Assembly: GCF_004010195.1 (NCBI RefSeq)
Contig: NC_057718.1
Coordinates: forward strand, 24,173,309-24,237,308
Reading direction: 5' to 3'
Source: Chiloscyllium plagiosum
Lineage: Eukaryota
DNA: 64,000 bases
The translations under genes were made by a program, and so were the position numbers. Shown one piece after another: positions 39,523 through 53,614 of this stretch. Position 1 is the stretch's first letter. Each line of letters begins with the position of its first letter. The notes beneath the pieces are model-generated. The model saw only the letters and a list, made by a program, of their open reading frames with translations. It had not been told where the DNA came from and made no database searches.

Positions 39523-41663
39523 TTAAAGGCTATAAGCACTTAAGTTTGATTCTGGATTTTTGCTATATGATCTCTTTCTACAGGAGTAAAAATTAAGTTA
39601 CTGCAATTGACCCTGCTGTACTAAATCATGACCAGGAAAATAAAGCCTATTTCGATTTAGTGACACTTGGTATATATAAGGGTTTCAGGTAGGCACATGT
39701 CTGTGTTCAAGTGTATGCAGAGTCACACTTGCTTGTGATGTAAAACAACTGTTAGCATCTTAGCTCAGTAGGAAGCTTTCAGAGAAACAGTTCATATCAC
39801 CAAGCCCATGATGGTGCCATGGTGATCAATCCTTTCTACTTGTCCATTGAGCATCATTGGTAAGGTCAACATTAATTGCCTATCTCTAGTTACCCAAAGA
39901 GTGTTAAGAGTCAGCCTTAGTTGTACTACATTTGAGTGTAGTTATATCCATGTCACAGTAAGTGAATGATTAATCCTCCAACCGGTTGTAGATATGAACA
40001 GTGCAGAGTTGACTGAAGAATGAATTTGTATAGTGCCTTTCATGATCTCAGCATGCTCCAAAGGGCTGCTTAAATGTGCAGTATGTTTGAAGTGTCATCA
40101 CTGTTGCAAAATAGTAAACGCAATAAATAGGTTGCACACCCCAACTTCCCACAAACAGCAATAAATTAAATAACAAATTGTGTTTCTTGTATTGATTGAG
40201 GGGTAAACGTTGATCAGGACTAAAGAGAATCTTGTTCAAGTAGTGTCAGGGGCCCATTCGAAGATCAGAATGAGCCTCAACCAAGTATTTCACATGAAAT
40301 ACAACACTTCTGACATTATGTTTATTTGTTTCTTTCTGAAATGGGGTGGAAATTTACGAGGATAGTCTAGCATGCATGGAAAATTGTTCCTCGAAGTAAT
40401 CGGTCTATTGGGCATATCCAGTGGGCTTGGAAAGAAGCTTGCCAATATCAGTCAGCCCTCCCACATGTCAACAGAGGCAAGAGTCTAAAAGAAGTTTGGA
40501 GAGCAGTGATAAGTGATTCTGAAAATGAAATCCGCACTGAAAACCGTGAGAACAGCTGTTTCCTTCAATTAGTTAATGGTAGAGTGGCATCTTCAAGCCT
40601 GTTGCCAGATCCTTTCTCCACAGTGGAAGGGAAGTAGTGTGCCTTAGTAATGGGGTTGCTGGGTGACCTAATACCTTTGACAAGTGCTAGTTCAAATATA
40701 GACAAGTCTCACTAGAATTAATAGTTAAATCTGCCGGAGGAACATATCTGATGCATTTGATTACTTAAATGTGTCCAATCTCTTCCTCCTGAGAAGGCAG
40801 GTGACAATGGGATACAAATTGAACCTTTTCTTCTTACTCTGTTTCAGAGAAAGTAAAATCTCTGTCTACTTCATGGCTCTCCAATGAGTATTACAGTTGA
40901 CTACTTCATGAAGAAACGATTGTTTATCAGTTTACACATATTGCCTTGAAAACTGTAAGCACCATTCTTGGGTGTAGAGTTTTTACTGGCTGTACTGCTG
41001 TGCAAATACTTCTGCCATTCTAAGATGGCATTGCTTTGTTTACTTTCTATATGAAACTAAACCAGATGACCATGCCTTTGGCAAAAGGAAAACCAATATT
41101 GCCAGGATGTATCATGTCTGCAGAAAAATCTGAGACCATATGGGTATAATAAAAGTGGAAAGGGTAAATCATTCAGAAGATGAAATACTTCCTAAATATT
41201 CAGACAGTGGCTACAAATCATAAATATGAAGTAATGCATTTTTTTGTAATAAGTGTATGCTGTGATTATCCCAAATTTTCCTCCTGAGATTTCCTTGTAT
41301 TTATTTGGAGAGTTAAGTAGGCTTGAGTAAATAGAGCATCATTAGTGGGTGTCTTGGCAGTATTAAGTGTGTTTTTCCATCTCTCCGCTGAGATATTAAA
41401 CTACCCTGTGTGTTTTGTTAAAAGAAAAAGTCCCATGGCATTCTTAAGAGGAAAGAGAGCAGTGGAGCTATCCCTTGGTAAAATGAAATAAGATCACTGC
41501 AAATAGAGGTTGGAAATCGTAGAAACCCTCCAGTGCAGATAGAAGCAATTCGGCTCATCAAGTCTGCAATGACACTCCAAACACCATCCCCATCCCGCAT
41601 TCTATTCCTGTAATCCCACATTTCCCATGGCTAATCCACCTAGCCTAAGCAACGCTTGACGTC

Positions 41664-41998
41664 ATGGTACGGTGGCTCAGTGGTTAGCACTGCTGCCTCA
41701 CAGCACCAGGGACCCACATTCAATTCCAGCCTTGGGCGACTGTGGAGTTTGCACATTCTCCCCACGTCTATGTGGGTTTCCTCCGGGTGCTCCGGTTTCC
41801 TCCCACAATCCAAAGATGTGCAGGTTAGGTGAATTGGCCATGCTAAAATTGCCCACAGTGTTCAGGGATGTGTGGGTTAGGTGTATTAGTCAAGGGTAAG
41901 TATAGGGTTGGGGAAATGGGTCTGTGTGGGTTACTTTTCGGAGGGTCAGTGTGGACCTGTTGGGCCGAAGGGCCTGTTTCCACACTGTCGGGATTCTA
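41664..41998 (+). mobile_element. HE1/V-SINE-like SINE
   Basis: ggtggctcagtggttagcactgctgcctcacagcaccaggga head, V-type core, gggccgaagggcctgtttccacactg tail. Confidence 0.9.
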
Positions 41999-43589
41999 TT
42001 ATCAACAGTTTCCCAGGGCCAATCCACCAAACCTGCACGTCTTTGCACTGAGGTTCACTTCAGTTCATTTTTCTGACCAGATGTACAGTAACTGTGGAAC
42101 TTTAAATGATGCTGTCAGAAATTTGTATCTTGAATGAATAGTAAAAGGTGGAAGTGGATATAGGTAAGCTGCTCATAGGAGAAATCCTTACAAGGTGTCG
42201 GATAACTTTTAGTAGTGATATCTCTCCATCTTGCTTCTCCTTTCCTGTGCTCCTCTTCTTCCCCAAATGCCCTACAGCTTGGTAACTATTAGTCCTGTCT
42301 CTTAATAAACTGACCTTTTTAATTTTGACTGTTGTCCTGTGGATACATCTGATCCTTTAACTTTAGGACAGGATGTGGGAGAGTGAGCCTACGACCCTTA
42401 CAGCTTTGCCTAACCCCCTTCACTTGTATTCCCAAAACCCACCATTCCTTCTACGATCACCATGCCATCTTCAGGTTAAGTGTCTAAACTCTGAAATAAT
42501 CTGTCTGTTCAGGTGCATAGAGTTTTCTCAGTGCCCAGGTGAGTTGTTCCCTTCAAGCACCAGAAAAATACATTTATTTGGTGACTTATCTCAGTAATTG
42601 TGGGATTCATCTCGAAGCTGACTGCAACATGGTGATAACTGCACTTCCAATATTGTTTGTTGGTTGCAAAGCACTTTTGAGAATACAAGGGGCATTAAAA
42701 ATGTCCGTTTGTTTTTAAAAGGTTGAATCTACAATACAGCTGCAGATTTTCCATACTAGAACAATTCTGTGTCCTGAGCTGGTAATTGCTAGAGCTGTGC
42801 ACGTTGCATTGAATGCTGTGAATTGGAGATTTATTTTTAACCTTGCCGTTCTGGTCACTTGCACTACAAATTACTGGAACTGTGAATTGGTGATGGCTTA
42901 ATGAATTCACTGGGGCTTCTAATATCTGATCCAATTACATTTCGGGCTAAAGGGAAAAATCAAGTGCTCAAAGCAGAAAGAAATTGGGAAAATTCGATTT
43001 GTTTGATGCAGAAACAGAACATGGATTAAGAGAAGATGCAGCAAGAGATGATGTAAATAGGAAAGCAAAAATATAAAAGCTGGGAAAGGATCTCAAAACA
43101 ATTTCACAACAGTAGGAGTGAGACTCCATAGTTTCAACGCTTCATGCTAAGGTCTTCAACATTTGCGTGACCTATCAGAGCAAGAATGTTCATGATTCAG
43201 TGTCAGCCATATATGTTGGCACCAATATCCATTCTTAGTTGTGCTGCAAATCCCCAGCAATTTCTTGATTCATGGGGCAGTTAGTGGGAAGGTGAGCTGG
43301 CAGGTTGCTTTTCCCAAAGCTATAAGCAAATTATTGAAGTATCTCGCTCAGTACAAATTGCTGAGTTCTTTATGTACGAATGATATTGAGTGCTGGAAAG
43401 CAGTTTCTGCGTATGAACAATTTCATTGCAATGGACCAAACTGAGGTGTGCAGTGATTTGTAGCAAAGTCAACCAGATGGACATAAAGGGTGATTTGGTA
43501 ACGGGATACTGGCTTCAAGGTTATTCCAAGGTCCACTGAAATTTTGCAAAATGTTTCTTTAAAAATGTGCATTGCTTGAAGCTGGAGAG

Positions 43590-44058
43590 GATTCAGAAAA
43601 GATTTACCAGAATGTTATTGTGTATAGAAGCCTTGAGTTATAAAGGAAGGCTGGGTAAGCTGGGATCCTTTTCACTGGAGTGTAGAAGATTGCAGGGCGA
43701 CCTTTAGAAGTTGATAAAATAATGAGGTGTATAGATAGGGTTAATGGTTGTTGCCTTTTCCCTAGGATGGAGGATTTCAAGATTAGTGGGCACATTTTTA
43801 AGGTGAGAGGAGAGAAAATATAAAAAAAGACATGGGCAAATTATTTTACACAGAGGGTGGTTTGCATGTTGAATGAACTTCCTGAGAAAGTGGTGGATGT
43901 GGGTACAATTATAACATTTAAAAGACATTTGTATAACTACATGAGGAGGAAAGGTTGAGAGGGATATAGCCAGCAGGCAGGTAGGACTTAGTTTAGTTTG
44001 GGATTTCATTCGGTTGGACTGAAAGGTCTGTTTCCACGAGGTATGACTTTGTGACTCT
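43590..44058 (+). mobile_element. CR1 LINE 3' fragment
   Basis: gagaggattcagaaaagatttaccagaatgtt...ttttacacagagggtggtttgcatgttgaatgaacttcc, then tail. Confidence 0.8.
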
Positions 44059-44189
44059 CACATTTGGTCCACAGACCTGAATGTATGCTACAAATTATAA
44101 AGCAATAACTGAGCTGTAGTGATACTTTAGTAACTTTGAAAAGAAAATCAAAATTTCAGTTAGTTTGGGGCAAGATTTATAAAACAGAA

Positions 44190-47100
44190 ATAATGACTGA
44201 GCGTTCTTCTTGGTCTGTCTCTGCTGTAATTCTGGGGAAAAGGGAGCATGGTTTCTGGTTGCTGCTGAGTTAACCTGTTCATTTCCTTGGTGCTACAGCT
44301 CAAGGAATCTCACTGCAGCGTAGGGTAAGTGTGTCTGTTTTTCTGAAACATTAGTACAGTTCATCGTCTGGTTAGCACAGCGAGTTCTGATAGTGAATAA
44401 GTTATGGGGGGGAGCAATTTGCTAGAAAGTAATAATTGTAATTTTAGGTAGCTAATTGAAATTTAACTAGTCATATCAGTTGATGGGGTTTTTTTGTTCT
44501 GCCTGTACAATATGGTCAATCATGGACACTGACAGCATCCCTGACTATTACAGCTGCAGAAAGTGTACCCAGTTTCAGCTGCTCAGTGAACGAATGGATA
44601 AATTTGAGCAGCAGTTGGAGATACTAAGGAGACACAAATGACTGACAATGTCATAGAAGTGAAAGAAACGTGGTCACTCCCAAGGTACAGGAAGACAGGT
44701 GGGTGATGGCTAGATGTGGCAGTCAGTCAATGCAGGAGGCCCCTGCAACTGTCCTCCTGTCAAACAAGTATTTGGCTTTGAATACTGGTGAGGGGATGGG
44801 CCATCAGGTGTCAGCAGCAGCAGCCAGAGCAGTGGCACCACAGCTGGCCAATCGTACAGAGGGGAGGAGCAAAGCCTAGAACAATAGTAACTGGAGAGTT
44901 GATAGTCAGGGGCACACACAGACTCTTCTCTAGCTGCAAGAGAGACTCCAGGATGGTGTGGTCCCTCCCTGGTGACAGGGTCATGAATGTCCCTGAGACA
45001 ATTCAGGAAGTTAGATAGTAAACTAAAAAGCAGGGCCCTCACTGTCCTATGTGCAAGGAGGCAAGGAACAGGATAGTACAATTGAATATGTGGCTAAAGA
45101 ATGGGTGAACCTGGGAGGGCTTCAGATATGTGGATCATTAGAGTGTTTTCCAGGGGAAGGTGGAACCTGTACAACAAGGATGGGCTGCACCTAAATTGGA
45201 GGGGCACAAGTATCCTGGCGGGGAGGTTCTATCGTGCCTCTCAGTGTTTAAACTAGTGTGACAGGGGGGTGAGAGCTAGAGCAGCAGGTCAGTGAGTACA
45301 GCGACTGGGGAAAATCTTAAGTCTAAGGCAACTACAGTTAAGAGAAAGAGCAGTTGGAGAGAGGTTGCTGAGCTCAGAGGAACCAGAGGCTTGGGCTGTA
45401 TTTGTTTCAATCAAAATGCATAGCAGGTAAGGTGGATGAATTTAGTACCTGGATTAATGCATACAATTACAATGTTGCTGTCACAGTCATGGTTGAAAGA
45501 GGGACAGGATTGGCATCTTAATGTTTCGGGATATCGATGTTTTAGATGAGACAGTAGGAAGCAAAAGCAGTTGCAGAGTTGCCTTACTGGTTAAGGAGTA
45601 TATCACAGCTGTGTTGAGGGTGGACACTCTGGAGGGATCTTGCAGTGAAGCATTACGGGTGGAGCTTAGGAATAGCAAGGGTACAATCTCAATGCTGGGA
45701 TTGTACTACAGACTCTTCAGCAGGAGCTAGAGGGAGAGATATGTAGTCCGATTCTGGAAAGATATGAAAATAACAGGATTGTTGAGTTTGGTATTTACCA
45801 AAGCAAGCGACGTGAGGGATGTTGGGGTGAGGGAAAGGTGTTTGAATACTTTTGGGCAGGTCAACAAGATGGAAGAAATGTAGGGTGCCTTGAAATACAT
45901 TAAGGTAGATGAGTCCCTGGAACAGAAGGGATCTATAACAGAATACTGTGGGGGCAAGGGAGGAAATAGCTGGAGCCTTAACAGATACTTTACAAGCTCT
46001 TTGGCTTCAGGTAAGATTCCAGAGGACTGGAGAATGGCCAGTGTTGCTCCTTTATTTAAGAAGGGAAGTAGAGGTAATTCAAGTGAAGTGAGCCTGATGT
46101 CGTGGTGAGGCAGCTGTTGGAGAAGATACTGCGTGACAGGATTTATTCACATTTGGAAGCAAATGGACTTGTTAATGAGAGACAGCATGGGTTTCTGTAG
46201 GGAAGGTCATGTCTCACTAACTTGATTGAGTTTTTTGAGGAGGTGACAAGAATGATTGAGGGAAGGGTCGTGTATGTTGTCAACAAGGACTTTAGTAAAG
46301 CACTTGAAAAGGCACCTCATGTCAGGCTGGTACAGAAGATGGAGTCTCCTTGGATCCAAAGTAAGCTGACTTGTCCATAGAAGACAGTAGCAGTGGAAGG
46401 GTGCTTTTCAGAATGAAGATCAGTAATTAGTGATGTTCCACAGGGATCAGCGCTGGGACCTTTGTTTGTAATGTACATAAATGATCTGGAGGAGAATGTA
46501 GGTGGCCTGATTAGTAAGTTGGATGACACCAAAATTGGCAGAGTTGCAGGTAGTGAGAATTCGGCAGGATATAGATTACAGATTTGATGAGAAATGGCAG
46601 ATGGAGTTTAATCCGATCAAATATGAATTGATGCATTTTGGAAGATCAAAGGCAGGTGTGTATTACCCAATAAATGACGGACCTTTGAGAGCACTGACAT
46701 ATAAAGGGATCTGGGTGTTCAGGACCACAGATACCTGAAAGTGACAATATAGGTGGATAACATGGTCAAAAAGGCATATAGCCTTCATCAGGCAGGGCAC
46801 CGAATATAAAAATTGACAAGTTATGCTATAGTTGTACAAAACTTTAGTTCGACCCCGTTTAGAATATCGAGTGCAGTCTTGATCACCACACTAACGAAAG
46901 GATGCTGATGCTTTGGAGAAGGTGCATGGAAGGTTTACCAGGATGTTGCCTCAGCTAGTAGGTTTTAATTATGAGGAGAGATTTGATAAACATGGATTGT
47001 TTTCATTGGAAAGACAGAGGCTGAGGGTGATTTGATAGAGGTCTACAAAATTGAGAGGCATAGATAGGGTGGACTGTCAGAGGCTTTTTCCCAGGGTGGA

Positions 47101-47375
47101 AAGGTCAACTACAAGAGGACACAGGTTCAAAGTGAGAACAGGAAGGTGTAGGGGAGAAGTGGAGGGAAGCTTTTTCACAGAGGATGAGTGCCTGAAACAC
47201 ACTGCCAGTGGAGGTGATGGAAACAGGCACATTAGCAATGTTTGAGGTGTATCTTGATGGATGCACAAATATGACACAAATAGAGAAACAGATACCATGC
47301 ATGGGCAATTAGTAGTGGGTCTAAATAAGGACTACGAATTGGTGCAAGCTTGTTGGGCTGAAGGGCTGTATTGTA
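44190..47375 (+). mobile_element. Decayed, internally deleted near-full-length CR1 LINE (ORF1 zinc finger/esterase, ORF2 endonuclease and RT)
   Basis: ORF1-like CRKCTQFQLLSERMDKFEQQLEILR (about 44555) and IVTGELIVRGTHR (GDS-like); endonuclease VALLVKEY..LRVELRNSKGTISMLGLYYR; RT IPEDWRMASVAPLFKKG and KWQMEFNPIK; C-terminus TTRGHRFKV; many frameshifts. Confidence 0.85.
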
Positions 47376-50132
47376 CAACCAGCTGGCAAATTGCTTTTTA
47401 CACCAGTCTCACTGTGCTTTTTGTAGATACTTAGAATGGGCTCAGTATACCAAGTAAGAAGCACACTTTTTCATACTTTTCAAAACCTCAGTGCTTGAAT
47501 TTTTCCATATCTCTGCTTCCGCTTGTTGCAAAATAATTTTTGTCAGCTTCCAGGCACTAATGAAAGTATTTCACTAGCGTGTTTGGAATTCTCATGCTGT
47601 GATTTTCCCTGAAAGTTGGTACTGGAAGCATGCAGGACATGGTTCATTGCTTGAAGTGGTTTGACACTCCAGACTTGCTGCCAGCTTGTCTCCCCTCCAG
47701 AGCCACAACATTTTGGGTTTGTTTGTAACCCGACCACCAAAAAATCTGCTCTAAAGTGAGACGATGCAATCTGACTGGTGGCAACGGACAGCTTTTGATC
47801 AGGATTATGTGTTTGTCTCAAAAACTAAAATTCCATTTTTTCTTAAAATACACAGCCATGTATCTACAAAACAAACTCTCTTGCCTTTATTTATTTATTA
47901 ATATTTTTCTGGGCATTTCCTGGATATTTTTTGAACAGTTGCTGTACTCTCAGGAAAATGATTATCAAGATGATTGTGTTTAGCCCTTCTGTAAATTACT
48001 ATCAACTTGGTTTCGCTATTACCTCATTCAACTCCAGGCTAAAATATTAGGAAAAGCCCATAAGTTAGGCTTGCAACCCAGCGTATAAGGAGTGCCTAAA
48101 GGGATGTCAAACGGAGTTTCTGTCTGCTCTTCTAAAAACCCGTGACAATGTTTGAAGAAAAGCAGGTAATTTCCCGCAGGTCAGGTCACTGCTTTAATCT
48201 TCAAGATTCCACATGTGGAAAGGCTTTGATTTCCTAATCACAATTCACAAAAGTATAACTAAAAAATGGAATAATTTCTCCAAATGTTCGGTATCAAATG
48301 CATGGGTGCTAGCAATATTAACATTGCCTCAGTTTCTGAATGTCATCATGCTGTTTGTAATGTTACATCAGTTAAGCCAGAGGCACTGTTGAAGATCGAC
48401 TGGACTGAACCAGACCCTGTAAATCTTTGAGGAACCTCATGATAAAGCGTGTAATTAAAATATCTAAAGCCGCACAAAGAGAAAAAGCTAATAATGCTCA
48501 GCAACCAACCAGACACCACATCAGAGAGATAAACCAAGTTCATGTTTTACTGTTGATGGGCTGTCATCAAGAATTTCAAATCTCATCATAGCTCTGTTTC
48601 CCTCTCCAGCTGTTTGTTCTCTTATCAAATTTCTGGAGGTCATAGTAGTTTTTTAGATTTCCATTACCACATTATAGTATATTACTGCACACTATCTGGT
48701 GTATAAAATAATGTATCCTGCATAAGTAAGCCTTTTTTACTGCTTTCAGCACAGACATCTTGAACACTGGCTATTACCTGTTGAAACATGAATTGAGGGC
48801 TGGGGGATGTAGTGGAACCTGAAGTGGAAATCCAAAAATAAAACCGGTTCAACTTAATGAGTTATAGTTAGTTTGGGTTGGCAGTGGTGTGAGGGATAGA
48901 CCTACCTACCTTCCTTCCCCTTCCAGTTTCCACAGACCCATTAGTTAAAATCTATCGGAGCTAGGAATGCTGTCACTCTTCATTAAAACCTCCCGTGGTG
49001 TTACTTAGATTTACTTGGGTTTGTATTTCATGAAAATAAAGGAAGAATAGGTGTGTACTAAGACTTTGAAGTAGTCATGCTGAGCATTGTTCTAGGTAAA
49101 ACCTTGACCTAGGAAATACTAGTTTCTGATTTCAAGAGGAGATTAGATGATTTCCTATAGTTTTAAGTCCCATTTAACTTCAAAACAAAAATAAAGACAT
49201 ATTTGATTTTACCTCACTTTCACCTCTACTCTGAATCTGATTCTTCAGGGGTCTCTGCAATTTGTCCATCTTTAATTCCTTATTTGTAAAGAATGACAAT
49301 TGCAACTTTGTTTCTACTAAATATTGTCAATGAAGACCGTACCACCTTTGTAAAATGCTGCATTAATTTAAAGGACAATGAATGATGCTTCATTTTGTCG
49401 TTTCTGCATCAAGTGAATGGCTGTACTATGTGCCATTAGAGATTTGAGTTTACCAAGTCAGTAGACTCTATTCATCTACATTATGATGTAATACTTTTGG
49501 CTTCTTGAGCAATGGCCATATATTGAAACTATTAAATGTTTAAACCTTCATAAATAAAACATTTGACACAAATGGTTTAGAGATATGCTTATGGAAAATA
49601 CTGTAAATTCCTATTCCTGTGCACGTTATATATCCTTAAACCATAGCTTTTGTGGTGACAGTGTGCTAATCAAAGGTTCTAATGACAAGTTTGTGGCACA
49701 GGAAGACAGACAGTCTTGTGTTGTATTGATGAACGATATCTGCATCACGCTTGTTCTGGAATGCAATTCTTGTATGGTACTGTTTTCAATTAGAAAATGA
49801 GCTGAACTTTCAGCTCATTTTATTTCAACAGATCTGTAATAAACAAGTCATAGCCCTTTGTAATATAATCAGTCTGACCACAATTGGCCTGCTAATGTCA
49901 TTTCCTGTGGGTAATCTCTCTGAACCTTCCTGTCCACTGAATTTTGTAGCCCACTTTTCTGGAGTCAGTTACTAGCCCACTTCGCATCACCTTGCGCATT
50001 GCTCACTGTATTGAGATCAGGACCTACCATCTCCTCATCCTTCTTTTGAATGAACACATCAACATTCTAAGAGTGTACGTTTTTATTCTTCTTCACTGTC
50101 AGGTCCAGCTGCCCACTTCCCATAATCGAGAA

Positions 50133-50310
50133 AAAAACCTAAAAGATTGTGGATACTGTAAATTGGAAGCAAAAACAGAAATTGTTAGAAACACTCAGCA
50201 GGTCTGGCAGCATTTGTGAAGAAAAATTGAAGTTAACATTTCAGGTCCAGTGACCCTTTCTCAGAATCCTCAGTTCTGAGGAAGTGTCAGAGGACCCGAA
50301 ATATGAGTCC
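50133..50310. mobile_element. Old fold-back PLE pLTR remnant (third family) with back-to-back degenerate HHR motifs
   Basis: Minus strand reads ctgagaaagggtcactggacctgaaatgtt; plus strand reads CTGAGGA(50276-50282)agtgtcagaggacccgaaat. No TSD is visible. Confidence 0.6.
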
Positions 50311-50829
50311 GACAGCACAGAGGCCCTTTGGCCCACCAAGTCCCTGCCAATCAAAAGCTAGCACCAGACAGTTGTTGGAAAGTTCCACCACTTTGACTGA
50401 CCAACAGTGAAAGAATGGTGATGTAGTTTCCAGTCAGAATGGTATATTGCTTGGAGGGCAACTTAGAGATTGTCGTGGTTCCCATGCATCTCCTGCCCAT
50501 GTCCAGCTCGGTGCTAGAGGCCATCCATTTGGACAGAACCGCAAAGGAGCCTTGGCCATCCATGTGGAGCACTGTGCCACGTTGGAGGGAGTTAATGTTT
50601 AAGGTAGTAGATCATGTACTGAGGAAATGGATTGGCTTGGTTACATTGAGGGTAGGATGAGCTATACTCCTTCAGACATATGGCGAGTATTTCATCATAC
50701 TTAACACTTCACATATGTCCTGCAAATTAAGCTTTATAGAGTCTGGAAATGAGTTCCTTACTGAGAGATTCCAGTCTCTGACTGGCTTTTGTAACCATGG
50801 TATCATTTGGCTGCCCCTGTTTAGTTTCT

Positions 50830-51031
50830 AGGGCTAGAGTGGTGCTGGAAAAGCACAGCAGGTCAGGCAGCATCAGAGGAGCAGGAATGATGAAGGGCCC
50901 CATTCCTGATGAACGGCTCCTGCCCAAAACATTGATTTTCCTGCTCCTCGGATGCTATCTGACCTGCTGTCCTTTTCCAGCACCACTCTAATCTCTACTC
51001 TAATCTCCAGCATCTGCAGTCCTCATTTTCG
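50830..51031. mobile_element. Fold-back PLE pLTR mini-insertion with a degenerate HHR
   Basis: Inverted arms tagagtggtgctggaaaag.. and ..cttttccagcaccactcta; 14-bp TSD cctgtttagtttct (50816-50829, 51032-51045). Confidence 0.8.
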
Positions 51032-51828
51032 CCTGTTTAGTTTCTGGTCAATAGTTAATCACCAGGATGTTGATAATGGGGGGGAGGGCGCGGATTCAAG
51101 GGGGAGATGGTAAATAATTGGACTTGTTCACTGCCTACTACTGTGTGTAGATATTACATGCCACTTACCAGATCAAGTCTGGATGCTGTCCAGCATGTCT
51201 TGTTGCATATGCACACACGCTGCTTCCATTTCTGATTATTCACCAATGATATTGAATGCCCAGTAGCTCACAGAGAACGTTAACTGCTTCTGAACTTTAT
51301 GATGGAGGGAAGGTCAATGATGAAGCAGCTGAAGAGGTTGGACCTAAGACCTCAGGAATTTCTGCAGTTATATCTGGGGAATGAAATAACTATCCAATGA
51401 AATGTGCAGCATCTTTTGTGCTAGACATGATTTCAACCAATGGAGATTTCCCGTGAAACCCTTTGACTGAAATTTTGTTGGGCCCACTTAATGCCACACT
51501 CTGTCAAATGCTATCTTGATATCAGGAGCATTAACTCTCTGTTGAATTCACCTCTCTGCAGTCCATGTTTGGGTCAAGGCTGTGATGAGATCAGGATCTG
51601 AGTGCCCATAGGAGAACCTAAATTTAGTGTCAGTGAAGAGGTTATTGCTGACAAAGTGCAGCTTGAAAGCATTGTCCGTGAAACCTTTTGTCACTTTGAT
51701 CAGGAATCGATGGCTCAGTAGCTTTTGGTTGGGTTGGAAATGCTTTTTTTTTCTGTACAGGGCAGGCAAATTTGTGGCTGTCCTGGAGCAGCTTGGCTAC
51801 GAACACAGCCAGTTATGGAGCACGTGTT

Positions 51829-52285
51829 GTGGTTCTGTTCGCCGAGCTGGAAATTTTTGTTGCAAACGTTTCGTCCCCTGGCTAGGCGAATCATCGGTGC
51901 TTGGGAGCCTCCCGCGAAGCGCTTCTTTGATGTTTCCTCCGGTGTTTGTAGTGGTCTGTCCCTGCCGCTTCCGGTTGTCAGTTTCAGCTGTCCGCTGTAG
52001 TGGTTGGTATATTGGGTCCAGGTCGATGTGTTTGTTGATGGAGTTTGTGGATGAATGCCATGCCTCTAGGAATTCCCTGGCTGTTCTCTGTCTGGCTTGC
52101 CCTATGATAGTAGTGTTGTCCCAGTCGAATTCATGTTGCTTGTTGTCTGCGTGTGTGGCTACTAAGGATAGCTGGTTGTGTCGTTTCGAAACGACACGAC
52201 CAGCTATCCTTAGTAGCCACACACGCAGACAACAAGCAACCACAACAACGAGCACCTGAGCTACAAATCTTCGCACAAACTTTGA
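51829..52285 (-). mobile_element. Penelope-like element 3' fragment with internal fold-back and tail
   Basis: ORF 51797-52312 ..HEFDWDNTTIIGQARQRTAREFLEAWHS..INKHIDLDPIYQPL; HHR-like motif on the - strand at 51862-51900 (CCGATGA variant); TSD atggagcac(g/a)tgtt at 51815-51828 and 52286-52299. Confidence 0.88.
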
Positions 52286-53525
52286 ATGGAGCACATGTTT
52301 TGGTGCTCTCACTAGGATGTCGTCGCGACTCTACTGTTATAGAGTCAAACAGCATGAAAAGAGACCCTTCGGTCCAACCAGTCCATGCTGAACATAATCC
52401 CAAACTAAATTAGTCTCTGTTGTCTTTGCTGTATCGCCAGAAGTCATTTCCCTTCCTTCAGGATAGTCACCATTAATGTTGTTATTTCTTGAGGTCCTTT
52501 TTTAAAAAGGACAAATTACTTTTGTGGAACATCAATAAAATGTACCCACTAATAAGGAGTGGCTTATTTTTACCGAAGTTGCCCACTGCCTGTTTAGATT
52601 GGCTAGCCACTTTACAGCCTGGCTGAGTCATTTTGTTTCCACTGACTTCAATTTTGAGTTTTCCATTGAGTAGCTCAGGTTTTAAAACAATGCCCGTTTG
52701 ATGGACTCAGTAAATCTACATTCCTCTTGGTCTGCTGTAAAGAAACTTGTATTCTGTGTGTTTAAAGCAACAGTTCAGTAAAATGTCAAATGTTATTTCA
52801 GTTTGCAGCAACACTGGGAAAGGGTGGTTAAGTGACATGAGGTGAACTATTCTTTCAGAGGCCCAGCATAGATACAATCGGCTGATTGGCCACCTCCTGT
52901 GTTGTAACTATTTTATGCTTCTCAGCATGGTGGGACGGACCCCTCTTGCATTGTGCACGCAGTTGTCTGGTGCTCCTAAGTGTGATGGTAGGAAGACTAC
53001 AAAACTTAATAAATCGGCCTTGCTACCCTTGCTTAGGAACAGTAAACACACAGAGTCTCCAATCTTTATTGCTCCCCAGTGCTATTGAATGAGAATGACT
53101 CTGCCTAGAATTATCCTTTCCTCTTTCTGATATTTACCATACAGTCACTAAGCTGTGTTTGAAAAATGCCAAGGTAGTGTACCACAATGACAAGTTAATA
53201 CCGTGAGAGGGTTAAAATTGGTCTGATAAATGACATGTTCTTTCTTCAAAAAGAGGCTGAAAGCTGGCAAACTCTCAAGATCCAAGGTGAGGAACAATAA
53301 CGACAGCCCAGGTAATTCCCACATAAGCTATGAAATCAAGAGAGCAGTGAGAATGGAGAGAAAAGGTGCCAGCTTTAGAAATGGCCAAGCTGATGGGTGA
53401 AAATACATGTTGTCACTGAGGCACGATAGCAGAGAGAATTGTAAACACTGGAAAGTTGTGTGCAAGTCACATTTCGTGAATCTCTGCTTCTCATATGATA
53501 TGGGTCTTTAATTTTAAATCTGCAG

Positions 53526-53614
53526 AGAGCACAGCAAGAAGAGTTGGAGAAAATTGAAAAGCACATCCAAAAGTCATCTAAGGATAATGCCAAGCCCTTG
53601 GACAAGCCTGAGCA
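53526..53614 (+). CDS. FMN2: Formin-2 FH2 coding exon, 89 bp: RAQQEELEKIEKHIQKSSKDNAKPLDKPE(Q)
   Basis: Acceptor ttttaaatctgcag; donor gtaagc; phase 0 start matches the previous exon; conserved RAQ..ELEKIEKH..LDKPEQ. Confidence 0.93.

Larger units (their letters stand above)
50360..52500 (-). mobile_element. L2/CR1-group LINE RT remnant hosting two PLE insertions
   Basis: ORF 51548-51769 ..NNLFTDTKFRFSYGHSDPDLITALTQTW (RT-like); ORF 50351-50572 SKLPSKQYTILT is similar to 4365-4583. Confidence 0.7.

Noticed and set aside
39325..39543. Mirror-image ORFs on both strands (also 62367-62624 and 63488-63812)
   Set aside because: They are by-products of the palindromic non-coding PLE arms, with no protein motif or splice support.
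51627..52259. 210-aa ORF, the longest in the window
   Set aside because: It is an antisense read-through of LINE and PLE fragments plus the palindrome, not a host gene.
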